64,000 nt of DNA from Pyrodictiaceae archaeon (GCA_027036135.1 JALVSY010000030.1:246222-310221); one strand, 5' to 3'. Positions 30,924 through 40,200 are shown, numbered from the stretch's first letter. Numbers and translations are program-made. The notes: a model not told the origin generated them from the sequence alone.

Positions 30924-30979
30924 AGAGCGCTGCTTAGTAATCTCTATTCTTTTCCATTAGATGCAGGAAGCAGCGCTCT
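30924..30979. repeat. Perfect 12-bp inverted repeat AGAGCGCTGCTT / AAGCAGCGCTCT with a 32-bp spacer
   Basis: Read directly; lies in the divergent promoter region. Confidence 0.85.
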
Positions 30980-31129
30980 TAAATTATAGTACTAATCGTG
31001 ATCTCGCGCTTAGCGATAGACTATATAAGTGAGGTTGGTAAATATAATACAGAACTAGGGTCTTAGCATCCTATACCTCTAGCTACGACTTCATAGCATG
31101 CATCTATTAGTTTGTTTGGAGGATGAGGT

Positions 31130-32298
31130 TTGCCTAGTCACGATGGCCATAGGTTGCTTTCTATGAAGTATCTTGGTGCTCCGGGGTATGTAGTTACTGA
31201 GGTTGATAGGCTTATTGATCTAGGTCCGGTGCATGATATTGGTAGGAGGAAGCCGGGTAAGCCGCCAGCTTATCTAGAGATAGTCGAGCAGGGAGATGTT
31301 GAGAAGCTGTACCGGGTAAGGCTTAGAGAGAACGCCGCTAGAGTGCTGGCCAGCATCTGTGAAGATGAGACGAAGGCTAGGGTATTCTTTTTCACCATGC
31401 ACTAGATGTTCTGGCACAGAGGCTTTCTTCGGCCATTATTCTAGGGCTGGAGCCTAGGAAGATATGCAGGGATCTTATTGAAGGTGTTCTCTGTGACTTA
31501 TCGGAAGTGGAAATAAATTTGAGGAAAATGGGCATTATTTGCCCACAAAATCCCGTGAAGAAGGTGAAAGAGGTTCTGCTCTCCTCTTGCACTGATGCAG
31601 TACTAGTTAATTGGGTAAAGGATAACATGGTCCCGAGGTACAGGAACTACAAATCCCTCGAATATATAAAAGAAAGATACATGAACACTATACCTAGTAT
31701 TTTCAAAAGTGATGCAAAGTATGGGGTTAATCTTATTTTAGGCGTTATAGCACATCTTGTTAAGTCGTCTAAACCAAGCTCCACTAACCATATACGTGAA
31801 GTAGAGCTAGAAGTTGGCAGAACGAGGTTTAAAGCCTCAATTAGCGAAGATCAAGGCGTCTTCATAAAGAGGGAGAACATTGTTGAAGAGTATAGAAGGG
31901 AGCTGAGCAGAAGGGTTGAGACACTGAAGTTGTCGCCTTATGGTCTTGGGAGGTTAAGGAAAATAATTGTTAACCTAGCCTCACTGTACTCCGATCTCTA
32001 TCACTTACCCTTTATAGAGCCCTATTGCATTAGCTTAGCTGTCGAGAGAATATTGTCTACGAGAAAGAAGAGGTACTCGCTTGCAAGTAATGTGCTAAGA
32101 TGCTATAGTAGGTACTCTAGTGAAATCCTTGAGGCTAGAAGCTGTGCAGCGCGTGAAATCAATCGGGTCTTGGAGCACTATGCCGGTGTTATTACTAGGC
32201 AGAGGCTCGAGGAAATAGGGAACAAGTTCATAGAGGCCTTGGAGGAACTCTCGGAATTCTCCGCTAGTATCGGAATAAACGTTCTTAGCGATATGTAG
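31130..32298 (+). pseudogene. Putative Zn-dependent hydrolase, paralogue 2, frameshifted
   Basis: MPSHDGH..LIDLGPVHDIG; one extra base in the T5 run 31388-31392 restores HHALDVL and joins ORF 31507-32298. Confidence 0.7.
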
Positions 32299-32347
32299 TA
32301 GAGAATTAAAAATTGTATCTCTATAAGACTATGGCGTAGACTAGTTT

Positions 32348-33256
32348 TTATTCTTTGCCTAAATAATGCTTTATGAACTCGCATAGCTCTGTATAGTTAT
32401 TGAACTTTAGCCTTATTATGCTGTTGAGACAAGGGTTCTTCTCCGTTATTGAGAAATGTATGTATATGGGTTGCCCCCTTCTTACTAGGTTATAGACCCT
32501 TAGAGCTGCTACTGGTATATCTAGTTGCTTTCCTTGCCGCGGCTCTCTCGTAGAGATGCATACTACTTCGTTAAGCAAGTTTTTCCTAGCAAAGATTAGG
32601 AGAGCGTCTTTGAACGAGTCGCCGTTACAGCCTGGTATGGGCCCTTTTCTCTTGAACTCCAGGTTGAGGATTCCGTCAATATAGATGCAGTGTCTCCTAA
32701 ACGCGTTGACTATTTGTTCTGTAATGTTGATAAGATCTTTCTCGGTTGCTAGTTTGAGGTTGAATCTATTCATGTGGTTTATGTGGTTCCAGAGCTTATA
32801 TTTGGTGCACTCAATAACTATGTCACACCGGGTTTGTAGTGGTCCATAATAGCTCATGCAGTCCGTGAAAATGTCCAGGGCGTAGTGCATGATTGCTAGA
32901 GTGAGGATTTCGCCTGGTATATAAATCTCGTGGGTACGGGTGTATTGGGATAATGATTTCTTATTCTTGATCGTTGTTAGGAGGTCTAGGGCAACTTTAT
33001 ATCTCTCCTCTCGGGAAGCATGCGTGAACACACCGTTAACCACTATGTCGCCGAACTCGGCGAAAAGCATTAGCAGCATACATGCAAGCGAGAAGGGCCT
33101 AGGCTTGTGCTCGACACCATGTTCGCCACATACTTTATCTGCATCAGCCATGAGATTATTGAACTCTTCAACTCCTTCATCGCTTATTGCTCGTATCTCG
33201 GGCTCCTTACTACGGAGAAGAAGATAGACACGAATATGGGCATCCCAAGAGGGCAC
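32348..33256 (-). CDS. Putative Zn-dependent hydrolase, paralogue 3 (MPSWDAH / HYALD)
   Basis: GTG 33256 after SD GGAGG gives an MPSW..H start like the paralogues. Confidence 0.55.
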   Translation of the reverse strand: MPSWDAHIRVYLLLRSKEPEIRAISDEGVEEFNNLMADADKVCGEHGVEHKPRPFSLACMLLMLFAEFGDIVVNGVFTHASREERYKVALDLLTTIKNKKSLSQYTRTHEIYIPGEILTLAIMHYALDIFTDCMSYYGPLQTRCDIVIECTKYKLWNHINHMNRFNLKLATEKDLINITEQIVNAFRRHCIYIDGILNLEFKRKGPIPGCNGDSFKDALLIFARKNLLNEVVCISTREPRQGKQLDIPVAALRVYNLVRRGQPIYIHFSITEKNPCLNSIIRLKFNNYTELCEFIKHYLGKE

Positions 33257-33453
33257 AAAACAACCCTCCCGAGATAGTTTTACCCTGTGCGCTATATTCT
33301 TAATGATATGCAGAGTATTAGCAGTTTCTAGATCGCAATATCCCGTGTTGCCATGATACGGGGAGAAGTAGCTCATCTACATGCGTGAATACTACAAGGG
33401 TTAGGAATCGATTTTAGCTTCTGGAATGCATTTTCTCCCGTAGGTGCTGGTTA

Positions 33454-34392
33454 GTGGTTGAACGTAGTATAGAGGATGAGGTCATTCTTAATTGGGAACA
33501 GTTACCCGTATTCTATTGCCCGGTATGTGGCAAGAAGATAGTTGATTGGTGGGGATGGGGTGGAGAACCGCACGTTGAGCCGTGTCGTCATCTTCTGTTC
33601 ATTTATTTCTGGAATAGTGGCGAATTTCTATACATAAGGAATGATTTAGCAAAGGAGTTAGAGCAACGAGGGATTAAGCTAGAGAGAACCAGTACTGGTT
33701 TTGAACCTAAAGGTGATTTCGAGGACATCTTGGTCCTTTTGAGAGAAATACTTGCATTGACAAGCTTTGCTGTATTCACTCTTCATGCGCAGCAAGGGCC
33801 TCCGATGGCAGAGGAGTTTGTGGCTTCAATAGGCATAGAGTTTGTAGAGGAATCCGGGTATACATGGTTTGCACAAAGTATCACTAATATCATTAATGAG
33901 AAAACTATTGTATCTCTCAGAGAACTTGTATATAGTGGGAATCCCCCTAGAGACCCCGGCAAGGCTACACGAAAGGCCCTAGAATGGGTTAATAGGCATA
34001 TTATACTTGATGGTTGTGACAAGGACTCGCTTGTAGATATAGATGAGCCTCTTTATATAGTCAATGAGGGACGTGGCTCGTGCGGAGACATAGCCCTTCT
34101 CTTAGCTATTGCCCTTCTCTCAGCTGGTATTGAGCCTGTGTATATAGTCGACTACGATACTCTCAATGGCAGGTATGTAACAGTAGCTGTGGAGATTAAT
34201 GATAAGGCACTAGTATTAGATGGAGAGCCTATCGAGTGGAGCAAATACTTCAATAATGTTAACCTATTATCCGATGTACGTGTCTACAAGATAACACTAG
34301 GCAAGGAAAAACTAGGTAAGGTAGATTATTGTAGAATTGATAAGAACAAGGTCTTGCTACGCCGCTGTAGTCCCTTCTGTGGATGCCATTGA
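33454..34392 (+). CDS. Fusion of a CxxC/CxH N-domain and a transglutaminase-like domain
   Basis: YCPVCG..PCRH; GSCGDIALLL..GI..; the catalytic His position reads Tyr (GRYVTVAV...VLD). Confidence 0.65.
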   Translation: MVERSIEDEVILNWEQLPVFYCPVCGKKIVDWWGWGGEPHVEPCRHLLFIYFWNSGEFLYIRNDLAKELEQRGIKLERTSTGFEPKGDFEDILVLLREILALTSFAVFTLHAQQGPPMAEEFVASIGIEFVEESGYTWFAQSITNIINEKTIVSLRELVYSGNPPRDPGKATRKALEWVNRHIILDGCDKDSLVDIDEPLYIVNEGRGSCGDIALLLAIALLSAGIEPVYIVDYDTLNGRYVTVAVEINDKALVLDGEPIEWSKYFNNVNLLSDVRVYKITLGKEKLGKVDYCRIDKNKVLLRRCSPFCGCH

Positions 34393-34483
34393 TTAGCTAC
34401 GAGCTATGGACCATACTGGATCGAGATAATTAGAAGGTTTTTGTGGAATCTTTTCTTCTGATTTTCTCTGGGTAGGTGTTGTA

Positions 34484-34568
34484 GGGGCCCCGAGGAGCGG
34501 ATACCCCGCAGCCGAGGCTCTTCTTGCCCCTATGGGTCAGGGCGGCTCCGGACTCCTCGGGGATCCCC
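34484..34568. ncRNA. GC-rich structured hairpin element, copy 2 (probably transcribed on the - strand)
   Basis: Stem GGGG-CCCCGAGGAG / CTCCTCGGGG-AT-CCCC; TATA-like AAAAATATAGTAA ~30 nt upstream on the - strand. Confidence 0.6.
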
Positions 34569-34657
34569 TTATACATTTATTGCTCCGGGTATTACTATAT
34601 TTTTCTTTTAATTGTTAAATATTTGTTTAATTCTGTCGCCGATTCTCTATTTTAATT

Positions 34658-34750
34658 GATACCCCGCAGCCGAGGTGATAGTATGGGTCATGTATTTCCT
34701 GGCCTAGGTAAATCATGTTCCGAACTTTTCAATGCCCCTATGGGTCAGGG
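34658..34750 (+). repeat. Two 18-nt exact repeats of hairpin-loop segments
   Basis: GATACCCCGCAGCCGAGG at 34500 and 34658; TGCCCCTATGGGTCAGGG at 34525 and 34733. Confidence 0.9.
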
Positions 34751-35699
34751 TGGCGAGGAGGCTGGGGCGCGTTGTAGCATAGGGGTGTTGGCGAGTAATG
34801 GGGATGTGCAAAGACTGTTGGGGTTTGTTGGGGTTGGGATAGTGCCTGTTATGAGGAGGGACTTTGAGTGGGCTTGTGGTATGCTGGCGTTCCTGTATGG
34901 TGATGGTATTGTGGAGCTTCGGCGTGGGGTGAGGAGTTTCCGTGTTATGGCCAGGGTCTCTACTACTAGGGCGTCGACGTTGTTTGCTGCGGCTGCGCGT
35001 TACTTGGTGTTTGCGTCGGAGGGTAGCGGGGGCAGTGTTTATTGCGGCCATGGGCTGACTAGAAGCGATATGCGGTTCGTGGTGCCGCTCGATATTGAGG
35101 CCTTAAGGTACCTTGGCTTAGGCCATCTCATGGAGGGTAAGAAGGGTGTACGTAAGGATCTCTTTACGTGCTTGGATAACGATAAGGCGGTTATGCATGT
35201 TGCCGCGGGGCTGATAGATAGCGAGGGAAGTATATCCAAGAAGGCTTGGAGGATATACATAGGGATGAAGGATGCCGGGCTGCTAACTCGTCTAGGTAGG
35301 CGGCTGAGCGAGCTAGGTATCGAGGTGGTGCCGGCGCGGTTTCTAAGAAACGGCGTCATGATATTGGAGTTCAAGGGTAGTGAGAGGATAAGGGGTATTG
35401 TAGAGAGTGTTGTGAACCCTAGTAAGCGCGTACTAATGGCTAGGATGCTTATCGATAAGAGGACTCTGCGAAAGAAGATCTACAGAGTGCTTGTTAACGA
35501 GGTCCGCATAGTGGCTCGGAGGCTCGATGAGCCCGTGGGGGCTGTTGAGTGCCTTGAGTGCGCGAAGACGGTGCTAAGGGAGGCCCGCGCCCTAGCCTCC
35601 GCTGGAGACATGGAAGGGGGTTGTTCTATACCCCCTTCCACCTTTGTGGCTATATTGGTTTTATTTTTGCTAGTACTGGTTTGCTTGCCCCTATCTTGA
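34683..35699 (+). CDS. Free-standing double-motif LAGLIDADG endonuclease-like protein
   Basis: MLAFLYGDGIV and AAGLIDSEGSI motifs; ATG 34683 after SD GAGGTGA. Confidence 0.75.
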   Translation: MGHVFPGLGKSCSELFNAPMGQGGEEAGARCSIGVLASNGDVQRLLGFVGVGIVPVMRRDFEWACGMLAFLYGDGIVELRRGVRSFRVMARVSTTRASTLFAAAARYLVFASEGSGGSVYCGHGLTRSDMRFVVPLDIEALRYLGLGHLMEGKKGVRKDLFTCLDNDKAVMHVAAGLIDSEGSISKKAWRIYIGMKDAGLLTRLGRRLSELGIEVVPARFLRNGVMILEFKGSERIRGIVESVVNPSKRVLMARMLIDKRTLRKKIYRVLVNEVRIVARRLDEPVGAVECLECAKTVLREARALASAGDMEGGCSIPPSTFVAILVLFLLVLVCLPLS

Positions 35700-36687
35700 C
35701 TATTGCTTCCCCTGTTTCTAGGCTTAGTAGTGTCTTTGTGAGGGCTTGTTTTGCGCGTGGCTCTGGGGCTAGGTGCTCGGCTAGTCGTTTGGCTGATTCT
35801 GTGTCTGGTTGTTGGTGTGCTATGATTGTTTGTTGGTTGTGATGGAGTGGTGTTGGGTGGCTTGTTAGTGTTATGAGGCGTATGTTTTTCTTCCTTGCTT
35901 CGAGGAGGAGTTGTTCGAGTGGGGTTCCTGGCTGGGCTGTGTGGTGTGCTTCCTCTACTGCTAGGTAGAGTAGTGTTGTTGCTTGCTTGTTGGCTTGGAG
36001 GTGTGTGGCTAGTAGCTGGGTGTAGGTCTTTTTCTGGCTTGGTGTGAGGCCTGAGAGGTCTATTGTGTATATTTTGCCTGGCTGGGGGCTCGCTGGGTCT
36101 AGTTTCTTGTCTGGGCCTGGTTCTAGTTGCTCTAGTACTGGTTGTAGTGCCCATAGCCTCCTTAGTAGCGCGTGTGTGCTTGTCCTGGTGTCTGCTCTTG
36201 GTGTGTTCTCTGCTAGTTTCTCTAGCTCCTCTACTAGGCTTCTTACCCGCCTCCTTGTCCTGGCAAGGGTCTTTGCTAGTAGCTGGGCCATTAGGGGGCT
36301 TAGGGAGTAGTGGTCTCCGTGGACGCGTAGCGCTGCCTCGAGGGCTTCTACGACGCGGCGGGGATCGGGGTAGTTGAGCACGGGGACCCTTACCTGCCAC
36401 GGCTCTAGGGCGTGGCTCGCTATGTCGCTGTGCTCTCCCTCCCAGTCGAGGACCAGGACCGCGGCGCCTTGGCGGGCCAGGGCCCTTGCCAGGGTTTTCA
36501 AGGTGTGGGATTTGCCGCTCTCCGTCGCCCCAACTATGCCCACGTGCCCCGTGTCCCTCGGCACTAGTAGCTCGGCAGCGGCCTCCCTGCCTGGGGCCTC
36601 CACGACCCCTATGGGCTCCCCAGCGGCCACGGGGGGGCTGTGCCTAGTAGTGGCCACTCGAGGTGCCTGGGCAGCACCTTTGACCAC
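35650..36687 (-). CDS. HerA/VirB4-like (DUF87) P-loop ATPase
   Basis: HVGIVGATESGKS, VLDWEGE, LAVEEAH, EARK, L.TGEAIV. Confidence 0.85.
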   Translation of the reverse strand: MVKGAAQAPRVATTRHSPPVAAGEPIGVVEAPGREAAAELLVPRDTGHVGIVGATESGKSHTLKTLARALARQGAAVLVLDWEGEHSDIASHALEPWQVRVPVLNYPDPRRVVEALEAALRVHGDHYSLSPLMAQLLAKTLARTRRRVRSLVEELEKLAENTPRADTRTSTHALLRRLWALQPVLEQLEPGPDKKLDPASPQPGKIYTIDLSGLTPSQKKTYTQLLATHLQANKQATTLLYLAVEEAHHTAQPGTPLEQLLLEARKKNIRLITLTSHPTPLHHNQQTIIAHQQPDTESAKRLAEHLAPEPRAKQALTKTLLSLETGEAIVKIGASKPVLAKIKPI

Positions 36688-37320
36688 GCGGGGCCGGGGC
36701 TGCGACAGGGCTCGGGGATTGGTACTCTTAGGTCCCTTATCCTGCCCTCTAGGATGTAGCAGAACACCTTGTCCGGGATATTGTAGCCGTCGCTGGGCTT
36801 GGCTAGGAAGCGCTTCTCCGCCTCCTCGTGTATCCTAGCCACCCGTTCCTCGACCTCCCCGGGGGACCAGGTCTCGCCGAGCACATAGCTCCTCAGCTCT
36901 AGGCAAGTGGTGCAGGCGAGGAGGCTCGGGTAATCCAGGGCAGCCGACGCGACCATTAGGTGGAGTAGGGCGCCGTGCGGGGAGCCCTGGGTGCAGCCTC
37001 TTAGGCAGAGCTCGAAGCAACCAACACTACGCCAGCCACTACAGGCACCGAGGAGCCCCGTGGCGAACACTGCCCCGAGACCGCCCACGCCAAGAAACAC
37101 GTCGAGGCCGCCGAGCCCGATGCGCAGCACAGAGCCCGGAGACGGCCACGAAGAACACGCTCCAACACATAAACAACCTCGCCGAGACAACCCTCAACAA
37201 CCAACACATCCCCACAAACAACGCCACAAACCACACCACAGACAAAGAACCCAGACAACCCCCAGCGCCCAAAACACCCCCGGGCAAAAGCCACAGGGAA
37301 GGACAGAGAGCACGCCACAA
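36609..37320 (-). CDS. Hypothetical, possibly decayed membrane-associated partner(s) of the ATPase
   Basis: Overlapping ORFs 36609-37190 and 37039-37320; frame uncertain. Confidence 0.3.
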
Positions 37321-37590
37321 CTACACACAACAGCTCAGACCCGCTGCGGCAAAGCGCACAGACACATCTATCCGATAAGGCGTCATCATAGAGGATAGTT
37401 TTCTGAGAAGGCTTGGCAAACGTGCTTCTCTTAGGACTAGCATTAGCTAGGAAAGCTTCTGAGCAGTCCTTTGGAGGGCAGTATAGCGCTGCGCATGCAT
37501 ATATGGTGTTATCCAGGCGTAGTAGGGTTCGGGCCTTGTTGCATTACGAATCGATCAATTCTCTTTGGATATTAGAATAGGATGTAGTGC

Positions 37591-37691
37591 GGGGCCCGAA
37601 ACCCCGGGCGGCCCAGGGACGGCGTGACCGGGCTAGCTGAGCCTTGATGAGGGCTGTGTGAGCCGACCCGGCCCCCGGGGCGGGATGCCCC
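37591..37691 (+). ncRNA. Long GC hairpin with an apical K-loop (CTGA-GCCT-TGATGA); probable L7Ae-binding sRNA
   Basis: GGGGC/GCCCC, CCCCGGG/CCCGGGG and CGGC/GCCG helices; box D then box C at 37637-37650. Confidence 0.6.
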
Positions 37692-37959
37692 ATGTTATAA
37701 TACAGGGGAGGAGCTATGTATGTTTTATCTGAGTACCTTCATTACTCATAGTGCTTTCAGTGACAGACTCTGCTGATAGAATGTTCCCTATCATGTTTGC
37801 TCTATTGCCAGGTAATTGTTTGAACGAGGCTGTTACTCCGTCTCTCTATGACTCCAGGGCACACGTGAGCTGTGGAGCTCGTTTTGCCTTTGCGTCAAGG
37901 GCCTCCCGGGAGTCTTGACGTGGAGGATTAGGTTATAGGTAGAGGCTAGGTTTCTCTGT

Positions 37960-38027
37960 CCTTAAGGACGCTCGAACTCGGCCTCGAGTAAGAACTCCTC
38001 TATCTCTTCTCTGCTCGCCTTACTCAG
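37960..38027 (-). pseudogene. Fragment of a DUF104 antitoxin gene (paralogue of 23107-23172)
   Basis: Encodes LSKASREEIEEFLLEAEFERP vs LGKASREEIEELLLEAEFERL. Confidence 0.8.
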
Positions 38028-38160
38028 TTAATGGGTGGGATCTGGCGGCTTATTATATCGAATATTATGTGATGTGGGTTACCTTATATGATGGCATAAC
38101 GTTAAAAGATACTAGGCATAGTATATTGCTAGTCTATACTGGAGCTAATGGTGCTTAGAG

Positions 38161-38466
38161 TTGGCGACTGGTCTCTTGTATAAGAAGGCGTCTAGGGTGC
38201 TTGGTATCCGTGAAGATGTATTGGAGAGGGAGGCTCTGCGCCAGTACATCTTATCCGAGCTTAGGCGTGTTAGGCTAGAGTCTAGGCTCATTATGGCCCG
38301 TTATGGTGTATCAAGCATTGAGGAGCTTGACGAGAAGATTAGGCGCGGAGAACTAGAGGAGTCAGAGGTCTTTGAGGATCTTACTCGCCTCGATTATCTA
38401 CTCGATCGCGAGAAGAGACTGGAGAAGCTCTTAGAGGAATTGGAAAAGGGTGAATATGTGCAATAA
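38161..38466 (+). CDS. Conserved archaeal antitoxin-like helical protein (partner gene absent)
   Basis: YGVSSIEELDEKIRRGEL..E..EDL..LDYL. Confidence 0.65.
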   Translation: MATGLLYKKASRVLGIREDVLEREALRQYILSELRRVRLESRLIMARYGVSSIEELDEKIRRGELEESEVFEDLTRLDYLLDREKRLEKLLEELEKGEYVQ

Positions 38467-38596
38467 TGTGCAATACTTTGCTTTTGATAATGCACGGAAG
38501 CGTAGCTTTTCATTGGATTAAGAGAAGGGATCTTAATAATAGTGATTATTGAAAATATAGTATCTAACATATTAGCCAAAGATTTAGTAACATAAG

Positions 38597-39622
38597 CTAA
38601 GTTTTTAGCTTCGCTATATTTAATACCTTAACTATATCTTCTAGTTTTTCTGAAAATATATTTATAACTTGTTTTTCGTATTTGGTTCCTATAAGTCTAC
38701 ATAATTCGCACCGGCTATAGATGCGATACTTCTTGATTAAAGATTCTACGTCAACTTTAAGCAATTCATCTAGCACCGCATACGGCCCTTTAATACTTAA
38801 CCACCAATAGAAAGGATTTCGCCACATTCTCTTGATTATATCTAGTAACGGTTCTCTTGTAAGGTTACCGATAGTTACTATGCGAGCAGCCTTATCTCTT
38901 ATTATATGACCACAGCAAGCCATTACTGTTCCATCGGGATGTATTGCAAGCGTTGTTCCGATTTCATTGCAGGGCATTTTTAAGCGCAGAATTTGTTTAT
39001 TATACTGCTTTTTATCTATATCAGGCTCGATGGAAACACCTCTACCAAATCTATATACATAGTCCTCGATTATAGTTATATTTTCGCTTATTATATTATT
39101 TTTCTTTAAAAGATTAATTATATACGATCTATTTATTATATCGTTTTCACTATATCTTACAACAGCTATGGCAACTCGTAGTCCTTCCTCAATTGCGGCT
39201 CTAACGGCATTTACTATATTCCTTTCTCCACCATATTTTTCAAGCCATGGCTTGTGGAAATCATCATAACTAACATTAAGCTCATTTAGGCCAGCATTTT
39301 TCAACATAGACACAAGCTTTCTTGATTGTTCGATAGTGCTAGCCCACCACGCATTAGTAACAACCCTTACATTAAAACCCTTATCATATGCATATCTTAC
39401 TGCTTGAAGAAGCCTATTCAAAAACAATGTTGGTTCGCCACCACTTATAGCTATAGTATAAATCGATGGTATCTCTTCTGCATCGTCTACAGCTTTTTTA
39501 AATAATGACAGATCGATTACTGTACTATCTGATGGAGACGCTCTCATTGAGCAATGTTTACAAAAGAAATTGCACTTATACGTGAATATAATTGCCAGTG
39601 TACGAGGAATCATTTTAATCAC
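38597..39622 (-). CDS. Radical SAM/SPASM peptide maturase, YydG(EpeE)-like
   Basis: CNFFCKHC, SGGEP, TNAWWA, NVSYDDFH, C...IHPDG.V.ACC...CELC. Confidence 0.8.
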   Translation of the reverse strand: MIKMIPRTLAIIFTYKCNFFCKHCSMRASPSDSTVIDLSLFKKAVDDAEEIPSIYTIAISGGEPTLFLNRLLQAVRYAYDKGFNVRVVTNAWWASTIEQSRKLVSMLKNAGLNELNVSYDDFHKPWLEKYGGERNIVNAVRAAIEEGLRVAIAVVRYSENDIINRSYIINLLKKNNIISENITIIEDYVYRFGRGVSIEPDIDKKQYNKQILRLKMPCNEIGTTLAIHPDGTVMACCGHIIRDKAARIVTIGNLTREPLLDIIKRMWRNPFYWWLSIKGPYAVLDELLKVDVESLIKKYRIYSRCELCRLIGTKYEKQVINIFSEKLEDIVKVLNIAKLKT

Positions 39623-39624
39623 CT

Positions 39625-40164
39625 CTATGGCCTAGTTGATGCGTTATAACGTTTTATTTCGTTTAGTAATTCTCTATAGGCTTTTTCAATACCTGGATGA
39701 GATATGACAAATAGTTTATTATCATATGTTATTAAAAGAGCTTTTTCTTGCGGCTTATATATTATAGCTATACCGTGTTTGCCATTAGCGAATTTATACC
39801 TACCTAGAGCTAATAGACCAGGAATGGATACTCCGGCTTCCCGGAAAACAGGCTTTACTTTACTATATGGTACTAATGAAATATTAACTTCATTTATGGG
39901 TATTTTATATGTTCTTATATACTTTATTATAATATAGTTATTTTCAATTCCATAACTAACCCCAGAAGTAGTAAGTATCAATACGATGAATGGTATAAGA
40001 GCCAATATGATGATAAATATTATCATATTACGTAATGTTAAGTTGAGTAAAAAACCGGCTAGGATTCCTCCTATTATTGTAAATATAATTGTACCTATAA
40101 ATATGGGATTAAAGATAATTAATTTTAGTATTTTTATATGTGATAAACTATAAATAATCATCAT
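39625..40164 (-). CDS. Membrane protein with a bacterial PH domain
   Basis: Two TM helices, then Y.I....I.I...IP..E....G...PG...G.Y. Confidence 0.7.
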   Translation of the reverse strand: MMIIYSLSHIKILKLIIFNPIFIGTIIFTIIGGILAGFLLNLTLRNMIIFIIILALIPFIVLILTTSGVSYGIENNYIIIKYIRTYKIPINEVNISLVPYSKVKPVFREAGVSIPGLLALGRYKFANGKHGIAIIYKPQEKALLITYDNKLFVISHPGIEKAYRELLNEIKRYNASTRP

Positions 40165-40200
40165 CTAAGTCACCTTATAGACTTTAGCACAGCAGCACTT

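Noticed and set aside
34478-34568. Canonical H/ACA guide on the - strand (ACA follows the stem)
   Set aside because: The lower stem is too long for the 14-16 nt ACA-to-pocket rule, and the CUGA is not kept in the 24044 copy; kept only as an unclassified ncRNA
34683-35699. LAGLIDADG as part of an intein or rRNA intron
   Set aside because: No intein splice motifs, host exteins or rRNA flanks
35480-37398. Long Pro/Arg/Thr-rich or Leu/Val-rich ORFs (35480-36400, 36063-36377, 36991-37398; likewise 43332-43838, 43432-43770, 21250-21576)
   Set aside because: Shadow frames caused by the A/C vs G/T skew; they overlap better-supported genes
37380-37590. TnpB/IS605 remnant upstream of the K-loop RNA
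   Set aside because: No recognisable Zn-finger or D.NAA.N RuvC motif in the frames I read
37591-37655. Hammerhead ribozyme (GAAA ... TGATGA with a plausible stem II)
   Set aside because: The core reads TTGATGA, and no NUH cleavage triplet joins stems III and I; a K-loop hairpin fits better
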